Under the pieces are notes generated by a model that saw only the letters and a program-made list of their open reading frames with translations, searched no databases and had not been told where the DNA came from. Of a stretch of DNA of 64,000 nucleotides, positions 24,891 to 38,185 are shown in pieces. Made by a program: the position numbers and the translations under genes. Origin of the DNA: Mobula hypostoma (lineage: Eukaryota); NCBI RefSeq assembly GCF_963921235.1, contig NC_086097.1:3534001-3598000 (forward strand). Direction: 5' to 3'. The stretch's first letter is position 1, and each line of letters starts with the position of its first letter.

Positions 24891-26354
24891 ATGAGGACGG
24901 GAGAGAGTCTGGAGGATTGGAGGGTTACAGATGTTGTTCCCATATTCAAGAAAGGAAGTAGAGATAGCCCAGGAAATTATAGACCAGTGAGTCTTACTTC
25001 AGTGGTGAGTAATTTGATGGAAAAGATCTTGAGAGGCAGGATTTATGAACATTTGGAGAGGCAAAACATGATTAGGAATAGTCACTATGGCTTTATAAAA
25101 GGCAGGTCGTGCTTTACGAGCTTGATTGAACTTTTTGAGCATGTGACTAAACACATTGATAAATGTAGAGCAGTAGATGTAGTGTAAATGGATTTCAGCA
25201 AGGCATTTGATAAGGTACCCCATGCAAAGCTTATTGAGAAAGTAAGGAGGCATGGGATCCAAGGGGACATTGCTTTGTGGATCCAGAACTGGCTTGCCCA
25301 CAGAAGGCAAAGTGTGGTTGTAGACAGGTCATATTCTGCATGGAGGCCGGTGACCAGTGGTGTGCCTCAGGGATCTGTTCTGGGACCCCTTCTCTTTGTG
25401 ATTTTTATAAATGACCTGGATGAGGAAGTGGAGGGATGGGTTAGTAAATTTGCTGATGACACAAAGGTTGGGGGTGTTGTGGATAGTGTGGAGGGCTGTC
25501 AGAGGTTACAGCAGGACATTGGTAGGATGTAAAACTGGGCTGAGAAGTGGCAGATGGAGTTCAACTCAGATAAGTGTGAGGTGGTTCATTTTGGTAGGTT
25601 AAATATGATGACAGAATATAGTATTAATGGTAAGACTCTTGGCAGTGTGGAGGATCAGAGGGATCTTGGGGTCTGAGTCCATAGGACACTCAAAGCTGCT
25701 GCACAGGTTAACTCTGTGGTTAAGAAAGCATATGGTGCATTAGCCTTCATCAAACGGGGGATTGAGTTTAAGAGCCGACAGGTAATGTTGCAGCTATATA
25801 GGACCCTGGTCAGACCCCACTTGGAGTACTGTGCTCAGTTCTGGTCACCTCACTACAGGAAGGGTGTGGAAACCACAGTAAGCGTGCAGAGGAGATTTAC
25901 AAGGATGTTGCCTGGATTGGGGAGCATGCCTTATGAGAATAGATTGAGTGAACTTGGCCTTTTCTCCCTGGAGCAACAGAGGTTGAGAGGTGACCTGATA
26001 GAGGGGTATAAGATGATGAGAGGCATTGATCGTGTGGATAGTCAGAGGCTTTTCCCCGGGGCTGAATTGGCTAGTATGAGAGGGCACAGTTTTAAAGTGC
26101 TTGGAAATAGGTACAGAGATGTCAGGGGTAAGTTTTTTACACAGAGAGTGGTGAGTGCGTGGAATGGGCTGCCGGCGACGGTGGTGGAGGCGGATACGAT
26201 AGGGTCTTTTAAAAGACTCCTGGATAGGTCCATGGAGCTTAGGAAAATAGAGGGCTATGGGTAACCCTAGGTAATTTCTAAAGTAAGTAAATGTTCGGCA
26301 CAGCATTGTGGGCCGAAGGGCCTGTATTGTGCTGTAGGTTTTCTATGTTTCTAT
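24891..26354 (+). mobile_element. CR1 LINE RT and 3' end (young subfamily)
   Basis: [42 protein letters not shown]; few stops. Confidence 0.96.
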
Positions 26355-26479
26355 TGTAAATATCCCAAGTAGAATGCAGTCCTACATCTTTATAAATGAT
26401 CCAGGCTTGAACAAGCCGCTCACATCAATTTGCCACCTGAACTATGCCCTCAGCAGCATGTCAGGGTGCAATATGAACA

Positions 26480-26902
26480 TAATAACATATGAACGTAAGA
26501 AATAGGAGCAGGAGTAGGCCATTCAGCCCATCGAGCCTGCCCCGCCATTCAATAAGATCATGGCTGATCTGTCCGGAAACTCAGCTCCAACTACCTGCCT
26601 TTTCCCCATAACCCTTAATTCCCTTACTATGTAAAAATCCATCTAACTGTATCTTAAATATGTTGAGTGAAGAAGCCTCAACTACATACCTGGGCAGAGA
26701 ATTCCACAGATCCACCACTCTCTGGGAAAAGCAGTTTCTCCTCATCTCCATCCTAAATCTTCTCCCCCAAATCTTGAGGCAATGTCGCCTAGTTCTAGCC
26801 TCACCTTCCAATGGAAACAACTTTCCTAATTCTATCTTATCTATCCCTTACAAGGTTTTGTATGTTTCTATAAGATCCTCTCTCATTCTTCTGAATTCCA
26901 GT
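26480..26902 (-). mobile_element. CR1 LINE 3' end
   Basis: ORF 26581-26820: FSQRVVDLWNSLP. Confidence 0.9.
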
Positions 26903-26925
26903 GTGCAAGTCTACATTGTCAAATT

Positions 26926-28555
26926 AGAGAACACAGAACACAGAAGAGTATAGCACAGAAACAGGCCCTTCGGCCCACAATGCTGTGCTGAACCAATTAA
27001 ATTATTAAACAAATGGCTCACTAAACTACTTTCTTGTGCCTACACAATGTCCCTATCCTTACATTTTCTTCACAGTCATGTGCTGAGCTAAATGTCCCTT
27101 AAAAGTTCCTAATGTATCTGCCTCTACCACCACCCCAGGCACCCACCACTCCCTGTGTGAAAAATACTTGCCCCTCACATCTCCATTGAACTTACCCCCT
27201 CTCACCTTAATTGCAATGTATTAGATATTTCAACACTGGGATCAAGGACTGTCTGTATACTCTGTCAGTCCGTGTTGGCAGGAACATCTCTGACTCCATC
27301 ACACTGAGCACTGGATCCCCACAAGGCTGTGTGCTTAGCCCGTTGCTGTTTACACTGCTAACACATGACTGTGCAGCCAGATTCAAGGAGAACCTGATCA
27401 TTAAATTTGCAGACGATACCACAGTGGTGGGGCTCATCAGCAAAAATGATGAAACAATGTACAGGGAGGAGGTCAAACACCTAGAGAGCTGGTGCAGGGA
27501 TAACAACTTGATGCTTAATGTCACCAAAACCAAGGGGATGATCGTCAATTTCAGACGGTCTCAGCCTGAGCACACACTCCTCAGCATCAGCGGCTCCACA
27601 GTGGAGAAAGTGGAAAACATCAAGTTCCTTGGGGTGCAGATCTCGGACAATCTCACCTGGTCCAGGAACACCACTGGGATTGTGAAACGGGCCCAGCAGA
27701 GATTGCACTTTCTGAGGAAGCTTAAACAAGCATCACTCCCCACTAACATCTTAACTACATTCTACAGAGGCGTGGTTGAGAGTGTGCTGACCTTTTGCAT
27801 CACAACCTGGTACTCCAGTTGCAGTGCTGTCGACAAAAAAGCCTTGCAGAGGGTGGTTAGGGGAGCAGAGAAGGTTATTGGGGTCTTCCTACCTTCTGTC
27901 CAAGACCTCTTTCAGAATCGATGCCTCCAGAAGACACGGTACATCATTAAAGACCCCTCACACCCTCTCCATGAACTGTTTGTTCTTCTGCCATCAGGAA
28001 AACGTTACAGGAGCATCAAAACTAAAACCACAAGGCTACTAAACAGCTTCCTCCCACAGGTATTCAGACTGCTAAATAGCTGCTCTACCTGACTCTGCTT
28101 TGGACACTTTTAACTCGCACTGGACATTTATAACTAATTTTAACTGACATGTGGCTGTTGTGTTTTACTATTTATTGTTATGTTTATTATTTAGTGTTGC
28201 GTTTGTTATGTTATGATTGCACTGCCCCTGAGAAACGCTGTCTCATTCTGCCCTGCAGAGCTGATGTATAGTTAGAATGACAATAAAGTTTTTTGAATCT
28301 TGAATCTTTGAATCTATGTCTCTCATTCTTATAAACCTCTGTCAGATCTCCTCTCAGCCTCTGGCACTCCAGAGAAAACAACACAAATTTATCCAGCCTC
28401 TCGTTACAGCACATGCCCTCTAATCCAGGCAGCAGCCTGGTAAATCTCTTCTACAGCCTCTGCAAAGCCTCGATACTCTTCCTATAATGGGGTGACCAGA
28501 ACTGTGTGCAATACTCCAGGTGCAGCCTAACTAGAGCTTTATAAAACTACAACAA
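26926..28555 (-). mobile_element. CR1 LINE 3' part interrupted by Rex1
   Basis: CR1 sequence at 26926-27264 continues at ~28312-28555 (RLRGDLTEVYK). Confidence 0.85.
27265..28312 (+). mobile_element. Rex1/Babar LINE, 5'-truncated, C-terminal ORF uninterrupted to the stop at 28092
   Basis: [37 protein letters not shown]; tail (TTGAATC)n. Confidence 0.95.
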
Positions 28556-29868
28556 TACTTCTTGATATATGGTAGCATGCTTTTTTAACCAGCTTTAGTT
28601 GAACATCTGACAGCAATGCTACCATCACTAGAATCCATAATTATTTTCCTGCAGTGGTAAAAATCTGTTTCTTTTCTTATTTAGACACAAAAGCCCAATA
28701 CTACTAAACAGATTTCACAGAAATTGCATAACGAATACCAGTACTCCTTAATAACAGAACCAGAGAACCCATTTATTTATATCAGTTTTAAAACATTAGT
28801 ACTCTCTGCTCATCATCATTTATGTAATAAAAATGATCGACAATTCTAATGACCATTGAGGGTTCTGTTTGGCAGCACTTCACAGAGGGACTATCGTTCA
28901 CAAGGACCTCTTCTGCTTTAGAGGATGGCTGATCTTTGTTGATAGATTTCATTGTAAATTTATGATAGACTACACTCAGAATGGCTGATGATGTTTTGTC
29001 CCTAAAGTAATTACTAGATGACCAGTTTGTTTATTTCTCATGAAACAACAGGCCTTTGTCACTGATTGGCAACATTTCCCACATGCAGGGAATCCCATGC
29101 TGCAAAAGGACTAATGGGATAGAGTTCGTCACATGTGTTCAGGAACGTTTCCTTCATCAGTGCGTAGAAGTTGCAATGGGAGAGAATGCAATACTGCATC
29201 TTCTATTAGGGAATAGGACAGGGCAGGAGACAGAAGTTTGTGTAGGAGAACACTTTGCATCCAATGACCACAGTGCCATTAGTTTCAAAGTAAATATGCA
29301 AGATTATAGGTCTGGTCCACTAGTTGAGATTCTGAATTAGAGAAAGGCCAGTATTGATGGCATCAGAAACAATCTGGCAAGTGTGGATTGAGATAAGCTG
29401 TTTTCTGGCAAATATGTAGTTGAAAAGTGGGAGGTTTTCAGAAATGAAATTTTTAAAGTACCAAGCTTGTATTGCCTGTCAGATTAAAAGCTAATGATAA
29501 CAGGTGTAGGGAACCTTGGTTTTCAAGAGATATTGAGACCCTAGTTAAGAGGAAAAAGGAGGTGTGGAGCAGGTATAGGCAGGGACGAACAAATGAGGTG
29601 CTTATGGAGTATAAGAAATGCAAGAGACACTTCAGAAGGAGATCAGGAGAGCTAAAAAAAAGCAGTTGACATGAAGGAGAATCCTCAGGGATTCTATAGA
29701 TGTGTTAAAAGCAAAAGGATTGCTAGCGACAGAATTAGTCCTCTGGAGATCAGAATGGTCATCCATGTGTGGAGCAAAAACATTTGGGGGCTATCTGAAA
29801 TAATTTTTTTGCATCGGCATTTACTCAGGATGTAGTCTATAGAGGTGAGGCAAAGCAGCAACAACTTC

Positions 29869-31732
29869 AGAATCAGAATCAGGTTTATTATCAGCGGCAT
29901 GTGTCGTGAAATTTGTTAATTTAGCAGCAACAGTTCAATGTAATACATAAAATAGAAGAAGAAATAATAATAATAATAAATCAATCAATGAATTACAGTA
30001 TACGTATATTGAACAGATAAAAATCATGCAAAAACAGAAATAATATATATTTTAGAAGTGAGGTAGTGTTCAAGGGTTCAATGTCCATTATCCATTTAGG
30101 AATTGAATGGCAGAGGGGAAGAAGTTCCTGAATCACTGAGTGTGTGCCTTCAGGCTTCTGTACCTCCTACCTGATGGTAACAGTGACAAAAGGGCGTGCC
30201 CTGGGTGCTGGAGGTCCTTAATAATGGACGTTGCCTTTCTGAGACACCGCTCCTTGAAGATGTCTTGGGTAGTTTGTAGGCTTGTACCCAAGATGGAACT
30301 GACTAAATTTACAACCCTCTGTAGCTTCTTTCGATCCTGTGCAGTAGCCCCTCCATACCAGTCAGTGATGCAGCCTCGAGGAATTCTGCAGATGCTGGAA
30401 ATTCAAGCAACACACATCAAAGTTGCTGGTGAACGCAGCAGGTCAGGCAGCATCTCTAGGAAGAGGTACAGTCGACGGTTCAGGCCGAGACCCTTCGTCA
30501 GGAGTCCCGACGAAGGGTCTCGGCCTGAAACGTCGACTGTACCTCTTCCTAGAGATGCTGCCTGACCTGCTGCGTTCACCAGCAACTTTGATGAGTGATG
30601 CAGCCTGTCAGAATGCTCTCCACAGTACAACTATAGAAGCTTTTTGAGTGTATTTGTTGACATACCAAATCTCTTCAAACTCCTCATGTACTCGCTGTCT
30701 TGCCTTCTTTATAACTGCATCGATATGTTGGGACCAGGTTAGGTCCTCAGAGATCTAGACGCCCAGGAACTTGAAACTGCTCACTCTCTCCACTTCTGAT
30801 CCCTCTTTGAGGATTGGTGTGTGTTCCTTCGTCTTACCCTTCCTGAAGTCCACAATCAGCTCTTTCGTCTTACTGACGTTGAGTGCCAAGTTGTTGCTGC
30901 GACATCACCCCGCTAGTTGGCATGTCTCACTCCTGTACACCCTCTCGTCACCATCTGAGATTCTACCAACAATGGTTGTATCATCAGCAAATTTATAGAT
31001 GGTACTTGAGTTATGCCGAGCCACACAGTCATGTGTATACAGAGAGTAGAGCAGTGGGCTAAGCACACACTCCTGAGGTGAACCAGTGTTGATTACCAGC
31101 AAGGAGGAGATGTTATCACCAATCCACACAGATTGTGGTCTTCCGGTTAGGAAGTCGAGGATCCAATTGCAGAGGGAGGTACAGAGGCCCAGGTTCTGCA
31201 ACTTCTCAATCAGGACTGTGGGAATGATGGTATTAAATGCTGAGCTATAGTCGATGAACAGCATCCTAACATAGGTGTTTGTGTTGTCCAGGTGGTCTAA
31301 AGCCGTATGAAGAGCCATGGAGATTGCATCTGCTGTTGACCCATTGTGGCGATAGGCAAATTGCAATGGGTCCAGGTCCTTGCTGAGACAGGAGTTCAGT
31401 CGAGTCATGACCAACCTCTCAAAGCATTTCATCACTGTCGATGTGAGTGCTACCGTGCGATAGTCATTAAGGCAGCTTGCATTATTCTTCTTAGGCCTGT
31501 TATAATTGTTGCTTAATTGTAAGTGACCCTGTGCTTCCCTTGTCCATACCTTCTTGGTCCTCGCTACTGGTGCTGCAGTTTTCAGTCTCTGCCTATACTC
31601 AGGGAGTAGAAGTACAGCCAGGTGATCAAACTTCCTGAAGTGTGGATGTGGAATAGCACAGTAGGCATTCTTGATGGTGGTGTAACAACGGCCCAGTGTG
31701 TTGTTTCCTCTGGTATTGCAAGTGTTCTGTTG
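29869..31732 (-). mobile_element. Rex1/Babar LINE with internal deletion
   Basis: [53 protein letters not shown]; (ATTCTG)n tail. Confidence 0.93.
30377..30593. mobile_element. Penelope-derived inverted terminal-repeat dimer (hairpin) with two hammerhead motifs
   Basis: 89-bp arms at 30415-30503 and 30505-30593 with 2 mismatches; 13-bp TSD AGTGATGCAGCCT at 30364-30376 and 30594-30606. Confidence 0.93.
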
Positions 31733-33279
31733 ATGGACCATGTACAGATTACAGAGGAAGAGGTGTTTGGTCTCCTGAGGCAAATCAGGGTGGATAAATT
31801 CCCACGGCTTGACAAGGTGTTCCCTCAGACCCCAAGGAGGCAAGTGCAGGAATTGCCAGGGCTCCATCAGAGATCATGGCAGGAGAGGTACCAGAGGACT
31901 GGAGGATAGCCAGTGCTGTTCCGCTAATGAAACAAGGTTCTAAGCATAAAGCAGGAAATTATAGGCTGGTGAATCTGATATCAGTTGTGGGAAAGTTATT
32001 GGAAAGTATGCTAAAGGTACTGGATTAATAAGTATTTGGATAGACATGGACTGATTAAGGATAGTCAGCATGGCTTCATGCATGGTAGGTCATGTCTGCC
32101 CAATCTTACAGGGTTTTTTTGAGGAAGTTACCAGGAAAGTTGATGAAGGCAAGGCAGTAGATGTTGTCTACATGGACTTTAGCAAGGCAGTTGATAAGGT
32201 CCTGTATGGGAAGTTGGTCAAAAAGGTTCAGTTGCTCGGCATTCAAGATGAGGTAATAAGTTGGATTAGATATTAGCTTTGTGGGAGAAGCCCAAGAATG
32301 ATAGTAGATGGTTGCCTCTGACCGGAGGACTGAGACTAGTGGAGTGCCACAGGGATCAGTGATCGGTCCATTGTTGTTTGTCAACTATATCAATGATCTG
32401 GATGAAAATGTGGTCAACTGGATCAGCAAATTTGCAGATGACACCAAGACTGGGGTATAGTGGGCAGTGAGGAAGGCTATCATGGTTTGCAGAGGGATCT
32501 GAATCAGCCGGAAAAATGGGCTGAAAGATGGCAGATGGAATGTAATGCAGACAAGTGTGAGGACACAGTAAATAGTAGGGCACTGAGGAGTGTGGTAGAA
32601 CAAAGGGTCTGGGAATGCAGATCCATAATTCTTTGACAGCGCCGTCACAGGTAGGTAGAGATGTAAGGAAAGCTTTTGCCACATTGGCTTTCATAATCAA
32701 TGCACTGAGTACAGAAGATGGAACATTATGTTGAAGTTGCATAAGACGTTGTTGAGGCCTAATTTGGAATGTTGTGTGCAGACTTGGTCACCTACCTACA
32801 GGAAAGATGTAAATAAGGTTGAAAGAGTACAGAGATAATTTATAAGGATGTTGCTGAAAAGAGGACCTGAATTATATGGAAAGATTGAGTAGGTTAAGAG
32901 TGTATTCTTTGAACATAGAAGATTGAGGAGAGCATCAATCGAGGGTATAGATCGGGTTAATGCAAACAATTAGGGACTACAACCTGAGATCATGGGTTGG
33001 GGTGAACAGTGAGAAGTTTAAGGGGAACATGAGGGGAAACATCTTCAGTCAAAGCGTTGTGAAAGTGTAGAATGAGCTGCTAGCACAAGGGCATGCGAGC
33101 TCTATTTCAGCTTGTAAGACTTGTTTGGGTAGGTACGTGGATGGATGGGGTACGGAGGGCTCTGGCCCTCTGGCGCAGTTGGATGGAGTTAGGCAGCTGA
33201 AATGGTTTTAACATGACGAGACGAGCTGAAGAGCCTGTTTTTTGCTGAACTTCTCTTCAACTACGTGATTCCATACACG

Positions 33280-33660
33280 TCTCACATTCAGGAATATTTC
33301 CCACCTTCAAGAACACTTCCACATGCAGGAACATTTCCCTATTAGAAACGTTCCCACATGGAGAAACGCTTCCCACATTCAGGAACATTTTCTACATGCA
33401 GGAACATTTCCCACATTCAGGAGCGTTTCTACATTCATGAATGTTTACACATTCAGAAACATTTTCCACATGCAGGTATGTTTCCATATTCAGGATCATT
33501 TTCCACATGGAGGAATATTTCCCACATTCAGGAACGTTTCCCACATTGAGGAACTCTTCCCACATGCGGGAACATTTCCACATGCAGAATCATTTTCCAC
33601 ATGCAGGAATGTTTTCACATGCAGGACCTCTTCCCATGTGCAGGAACATTTCCCATATGA
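33280..33660. repeat. Minisatellite, ~19-bp unit CCCACAT(G/T)CAGGAACATTT, about 20 copies
   Basis: Direct reading. Confidence 0.93.
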
Positions 33661-33954
33661 ATGGACAGCAGCACAGAAGTACTCCTGCACATGTTCACAG
33701 TGGAGCTTGAAAAAGCAGCCAGTTTTCATCAGGAATCTTTGATTGGACAGTGATGCAGATACAGTACAATCACTCCTGTGCCAGTCTGGTGTGCAGCTTG
33801 AAAAAGCAGCCAGTTTACATTGGGAACTTTTGACTGGACAGCCGTGCAGACACAGTAAAAGTGTTCCCACGTAGGTCTGGAGCAGAGCTTGTAAAAGTCA
33901 CCATAAAAGGGAGGTACCATCTAGCAGAACAGTCATGGTGGGAGTAGTCTGAGC

Positions 33955-35290
33955 CTGAGTCTATTCTGAGTACTGGTGGGTGGGTAGGGGAGGGGGACAG
34001 CCTACCTGGGGGAAGAAACAGCAGCCATGGCTCTAGCACAGAGTCCGGCCCGGTGGCTCAGAAGGGTAGGGAAATGAAGAGGATGGCAGCAGTAATAAGG
34101 GACTCAGTAGTTAGGGGAACAGACAAGTGATTCTGTGGATGCAAAAAAGAAACACAGATGGTAGTTTGCCTCCCATGTGCCAGGATCTGCGATGTTTCTG
34201 AGCGTGTTCACAATTTCCTGAAAAGGGAGGGTGAGTAGCCAGAAGTCGTGGTACATATTGGTACCAATGACACAGGTAGAAAAAGGGAGGAAGTCCTGAA
34301 AAAAGATAACAGAGAGTTAGGAAGGAAGTTGAGAAGCAGGAATTGAAGGTTAGTAATCTCGGGATTGCTCCCGTGTCACGCGACAATGAGGATAGGAAAA
34401 GAATGAGGTGACAGATAAATGCTTGGCTGAAGAATTGGAACGGGGGCAGAGATTCAGATTTCTGGATCATTGGGACCTCTTCTGGGGCAGATGGGACATG
34501 TACGAAAGGGCCAGGTTGCACTTGAATCCAAGGAGTCCAATATTTGGGCGGGCAGGTTTTCTAGAACTGTTGGGAATGGTTTGAACTAATATGTCAGGGG
34601 GATAGGAACCAGTATGATAGAGCTGAGGATGAGCCAGGAGGTTAACAAGTAGATGATGGGTGTAACATGAATGTAAGGAAGGACAAGTCAGTGATTGGGT
34701 ACAAATGCAGACACAGCAAAGAGCTAAATTGTACCACGGTGGCAAAATTCAAAAGGGTGAAGAATGCAGGACTGAAGGTGCTGTATTTAAATGCGTGTAG
34801 CATATGGAATAAGGTGCTTGAACTCATAGTGCAATTAGAGATTGGTTGGTATGACACCACTGAGTCGTGGCTGAAAGAAGGTCATATTTGGGAGCTGAAT
34901 ATCAAAGGATTTACTCTGTGGCGAAAGGGCAGGCAGGAAAGTGTAGATGGTAGTGTGGCTCTGTTGGTAACAGACTGAATTACATCTTTAGAAAGAGGTG
35001 ACATAGGGTCAGAAAATGTCGAATCGTTGTGCATTTAAGGCAGAGATAGATAGGTTCCTGATTAGTCAGGACATCATAGAGTATGGAGAGAAGGCATGGG
35101 AGTGGGGATGGCTGCAAGGATTGGATCAGCCCATGATTGAATGGTGGAGCAGACTCAAAGGGCTGAATGGCCTGCTTCTGCTCCTGTATCTCATGGTCTT
35201 ATTAAGGTAAAGGGACTCTTAGGAGGCAGTGATTATACTGTGATTGAATTCATACTGCAATTTGAGCAGGAGAAGCATTAAGTCACATGG
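33955..35290 (+). mobile_element. CR1 LINE ORF1 and endonuclease part (same subfamily as 20405-23135), containing a CR1 3'-end piece at ~35016-35200
   Basis: VVVHIGTNDT, LKVLYLNACSIWNKV; high similarity to 20500-21530. Confidence 0.9.
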
Positions 35291-35457
35291 TCCTTCTACC
35301 AGCCTTCTCCTTCCCACCCTCCCCCCACCTTCTTTATAGGGCCTCTGCCCCTCCCCTCTTCAGTCTTGATGAAGGGTTCCGGCCTGAAACGTTGGCTGAT
35401 CGTTTCCACGGATGCCGCCTGACCTGCTGAGTTCCTCCAGCGTGTTGTGAGTGTTGC
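35290..35457 (+). mobile_element. Penelope-like terminal repeat insertion with hammerhead motif
   Basis: TSD TAAGTCACATG at 35279-35289 and 35458-35468; CAGTC-TTGATGA-AGGGTTCCGGCCT-GAAACGTT-GGCTG. Confidence 0.88.
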
Positions 35458-36294
35458 TAAGTCACATGTATCAGTATCAAATTATGCTGATGACATAGAA
35501 TTCCTGTTGTTTGTGTTTATATTTATTGTGTTTTTTTATTATTGTGATCTTTATCTTATTGTGTTTTTTGTGCGACATCGGATCCGGAGTACAATTATTT
35601 TGTTTTTCCGTTACACCTGTGTTCAGGAAATGACATTAAACAATCCTGAATCTTAATCAGACAAAATAACTGTGTCACTTTTCAGGCACTGCTGTAGCAA
35701 AGTGTTAATACTCAAAACTAATTTCTAGCTGTAAATATCTGTCAGTGATAGGATTAGGAAAGTTTTATGAACTGTGTCAACAATCTGTGAATCCCTCTAA
35801 ACCTTGTCACTTATCTAATGGATTTTTGCAGCTCTCTGCCTAATAAAAGCTTTCATGGCCCTCAATCAAAGCAAGTGATATTCACCATGCACACACTTCA
35901 AAAATACACAAGTAGAAGAAATAAGAGTCATAATTGAAGCACAAATTCAGCCTCTGTGGCTCATGAATTATCCATCAAATAATTACTGCTGTTCTCATTG
36001 TTACTGAGTAAAAGTCTGTAAAATGCCCAGTGAGGCACAGGGTAAAATGACTGGGGGCGGGGGGGGGGGGGACGGGGGACGCTTTCAGGTGGATTTCAGT
36101 GACCTGCAATTCGAGTTGCAAGTTGCAGTCTCTACATTTACGGATGACACAAAACTAAACTGTGAAAAGGATAATGATAAATTTAAGGAGATAAACTGGT
36201 TGGTAAAATGGGAATTTGCATGGCAGGTGAAGTTTAATCCAGGAAAATGTGAGGGAATGCATTTTGGCAAGATGATAGAGAAAAGGAAAGCTAA

Positions 36295-36712
36295 AAGACT
36301 TTGACAAACTCCCATTGATATTGAGTGGTTGCATCACAGGCTGGTATGGAAACACCAATGCCCTTTAACAGAAAAACCTAAAAAAACATGGTGGATACAG
36401 CCCAGTTCATCACAGGTAAATCCTTCCCCACCATAGAGCACACCTACACAAGTATTGTCATAAGAAAGCAGCATCCATCATCATAGACCTTCACCATCCA
36501 GACCATGCTCTCTTCTCATTGCTGCCATCAGGAAGAAGGTACAGGAGCCTCAGATCCCACACCTCCAGGTTCGGGGACAGTTATTACCCCTCAACCTTCA
36601 GGCTGTTGAATCAAAGGGGATAACTTCACTCAACTTCACCTGCCCCAACACTGAACTGTTCCCACAACCTATGGACTCACTTTCCAGGACTCTTTGTCTC
36701 ATGTTCTCAACA
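36295..36712 (+). mobile_element. Rex1/Babar 3' fragment
   Basis: CITGWYGNTNA, LLPSGRRYRSL. Confidence 0.85.
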
Positions 36713-36887
36713 TCCAACATGGACCAGCATGCTTGCTTTCTGCATTGAAGGTCACTATTAATACACAATTTGGATCTGTATCAATAGAGGCACAGAATAT
36801 AACAGGAGAAATCAGAGTGAAGCTTTATAAAACACTGAAAACTATATTCATTTCCAGATTCCTCATTATCAGAAGTAGATTTACAAA

Positions 36888-37765
36888 ATTGAATTGAATT
36901 GAATCGAATTGAATTGGATTTTTTGAATTGAATTGGCTTTATTACTTACGTCCTTCACCTACATAAGGAGTAAAAATCTTTACATTACGACTCCATCTAA
37001 ATGTGCAATGTGCAATTCATAGTAATTTATAACAAATAGTATGTACAACAGGACAATCAATATAATATAAAAATACAATTGTATCAGTGTGAGTTAATCA
37101 GTCTGATGGCTTGGTGGAAGAAGCTGTCCCGGAGCCTGTTGGTCCTGGCTTTTATGCTGCGGTACCGTTTCCTGGATGGTAGTAGCTGGAACAGTTTGTA
37201 GTTGGGGTGACTCAGGTCTCCAATGATCCTTCGGGCCCTTTTTACACACCTGTCCTTGTAAAACCTGAATCATGGGAAGTTCACAACTACAGATGCACTG
37301 GGCTGTCCGCACCACTCTCTGCAGAGTCCTGCGATTCAGGGAGGTACAGTTCCCATACCAGGCAGTGATACAGCCAGTCAGGATGCTCTCAATTGTGTTC
37401 CTGTAGAAAGTTCTTAGGATTTCAGGTCCCATACTAATCTTCTTCAACCATCTGAGGTGAAAGAGGCACTGTTGTGCCTTTTTCACCACACAGCTGGTAT
37501 GTACAGACCACGTGAGATCCTTGATGATGTTTATGCCGAGGAACTTAAAGCTGTTCACCCTCTCAACCCCAGATCCATTGATGTCAATAGGGGTGAGACT
37601 GCCTCCATTCCTCCTGTTGTCCACAACCAGCTCCTTTGTTTTTGCGACATTGAGGGAGAGGTTGTTTTCTTGACACCACTGTGAACCACTGTGATGACTT
37701 CTTCTTTGTAGGCTGCCTCGTTATTATTTGAGATTAGGCCAATCAGTGTAGTATCATCAGCAAAT
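36888..37765 (-). mobile_element. Rex1/Babar LINE, 5'-truncated, with (AATTC)n tail
   Basis: ORF 37094-37624: ERVNSFKFLG, ESILTGCITAWYGN. Confidence 0.92.
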
Positions 37766-38185
37766 TAGACAGATTAGGAGAATAGGTAAGGAAGTGGCAA
37801 ATGAAATACAATGTTGGAAAATGCATGGTCATGCACTTTGTAGAAGGAATAAATGTGAAAATTATTTTCTAAATGGGGAGAAAATCCAAAAACCTGAGGT
37901 GCAAAGTGATTTTGGGAGTCCTCGTGCAGAACATCCTAAAGTTAACTTGCAGGTTGAGTCGGTGGTGAGGAAGGCAAATGCAATGTTAGCATTCATTTGA
38001 AGAGGTCCAGAATACAAGAGCAGGGATGTGATACTGAGGCTTTATAAGGCACTGGTGAGGTCTCATCTTGAGTATTGTGAACAGTTTTCTCATCTAAGAA
38101 AAGATGCGCTAGCATTGGAGATGGTCCAGAGGAGGTTCACAAGGACGATTCTGGGAATGAAAGGGTTATTAATGGAGGAACGTTT
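37766..38185 (+). mobile_element. CR1 ORF2 fragment
   Basis: LYKALVRSHLEYCEQF, VQRRFTR. Confidence 0.85.

Larger units (their letters stand above)
29105..33260 (+). mobile_element. CR1 LINE (decayed ORF2) split by a Rex1 insertion at ~29869-31732
   Basis: EN part (GEHFASNDH) upstream; RT part (VYMDFSKAVDKV, KFADDTK) and 3' UTR downstream. Confidence 0.88.

Noticed and set aside
30140..30647. Mirror-image ORFs on both strands (LVNAAGQAASLGRG..)
   Set aside because: These result from the inverted Penelope repeat and antisense Rex1 sequence.
33280..33660. Regularly spaced repeats as a CRISPR array, and the overlapping ORFs as genes
   Set aside because: Units are contiguous with no unique spacers, there are no cas genes and the context is eukaryotic. 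The ORFs are open only because the unit lacks stops.
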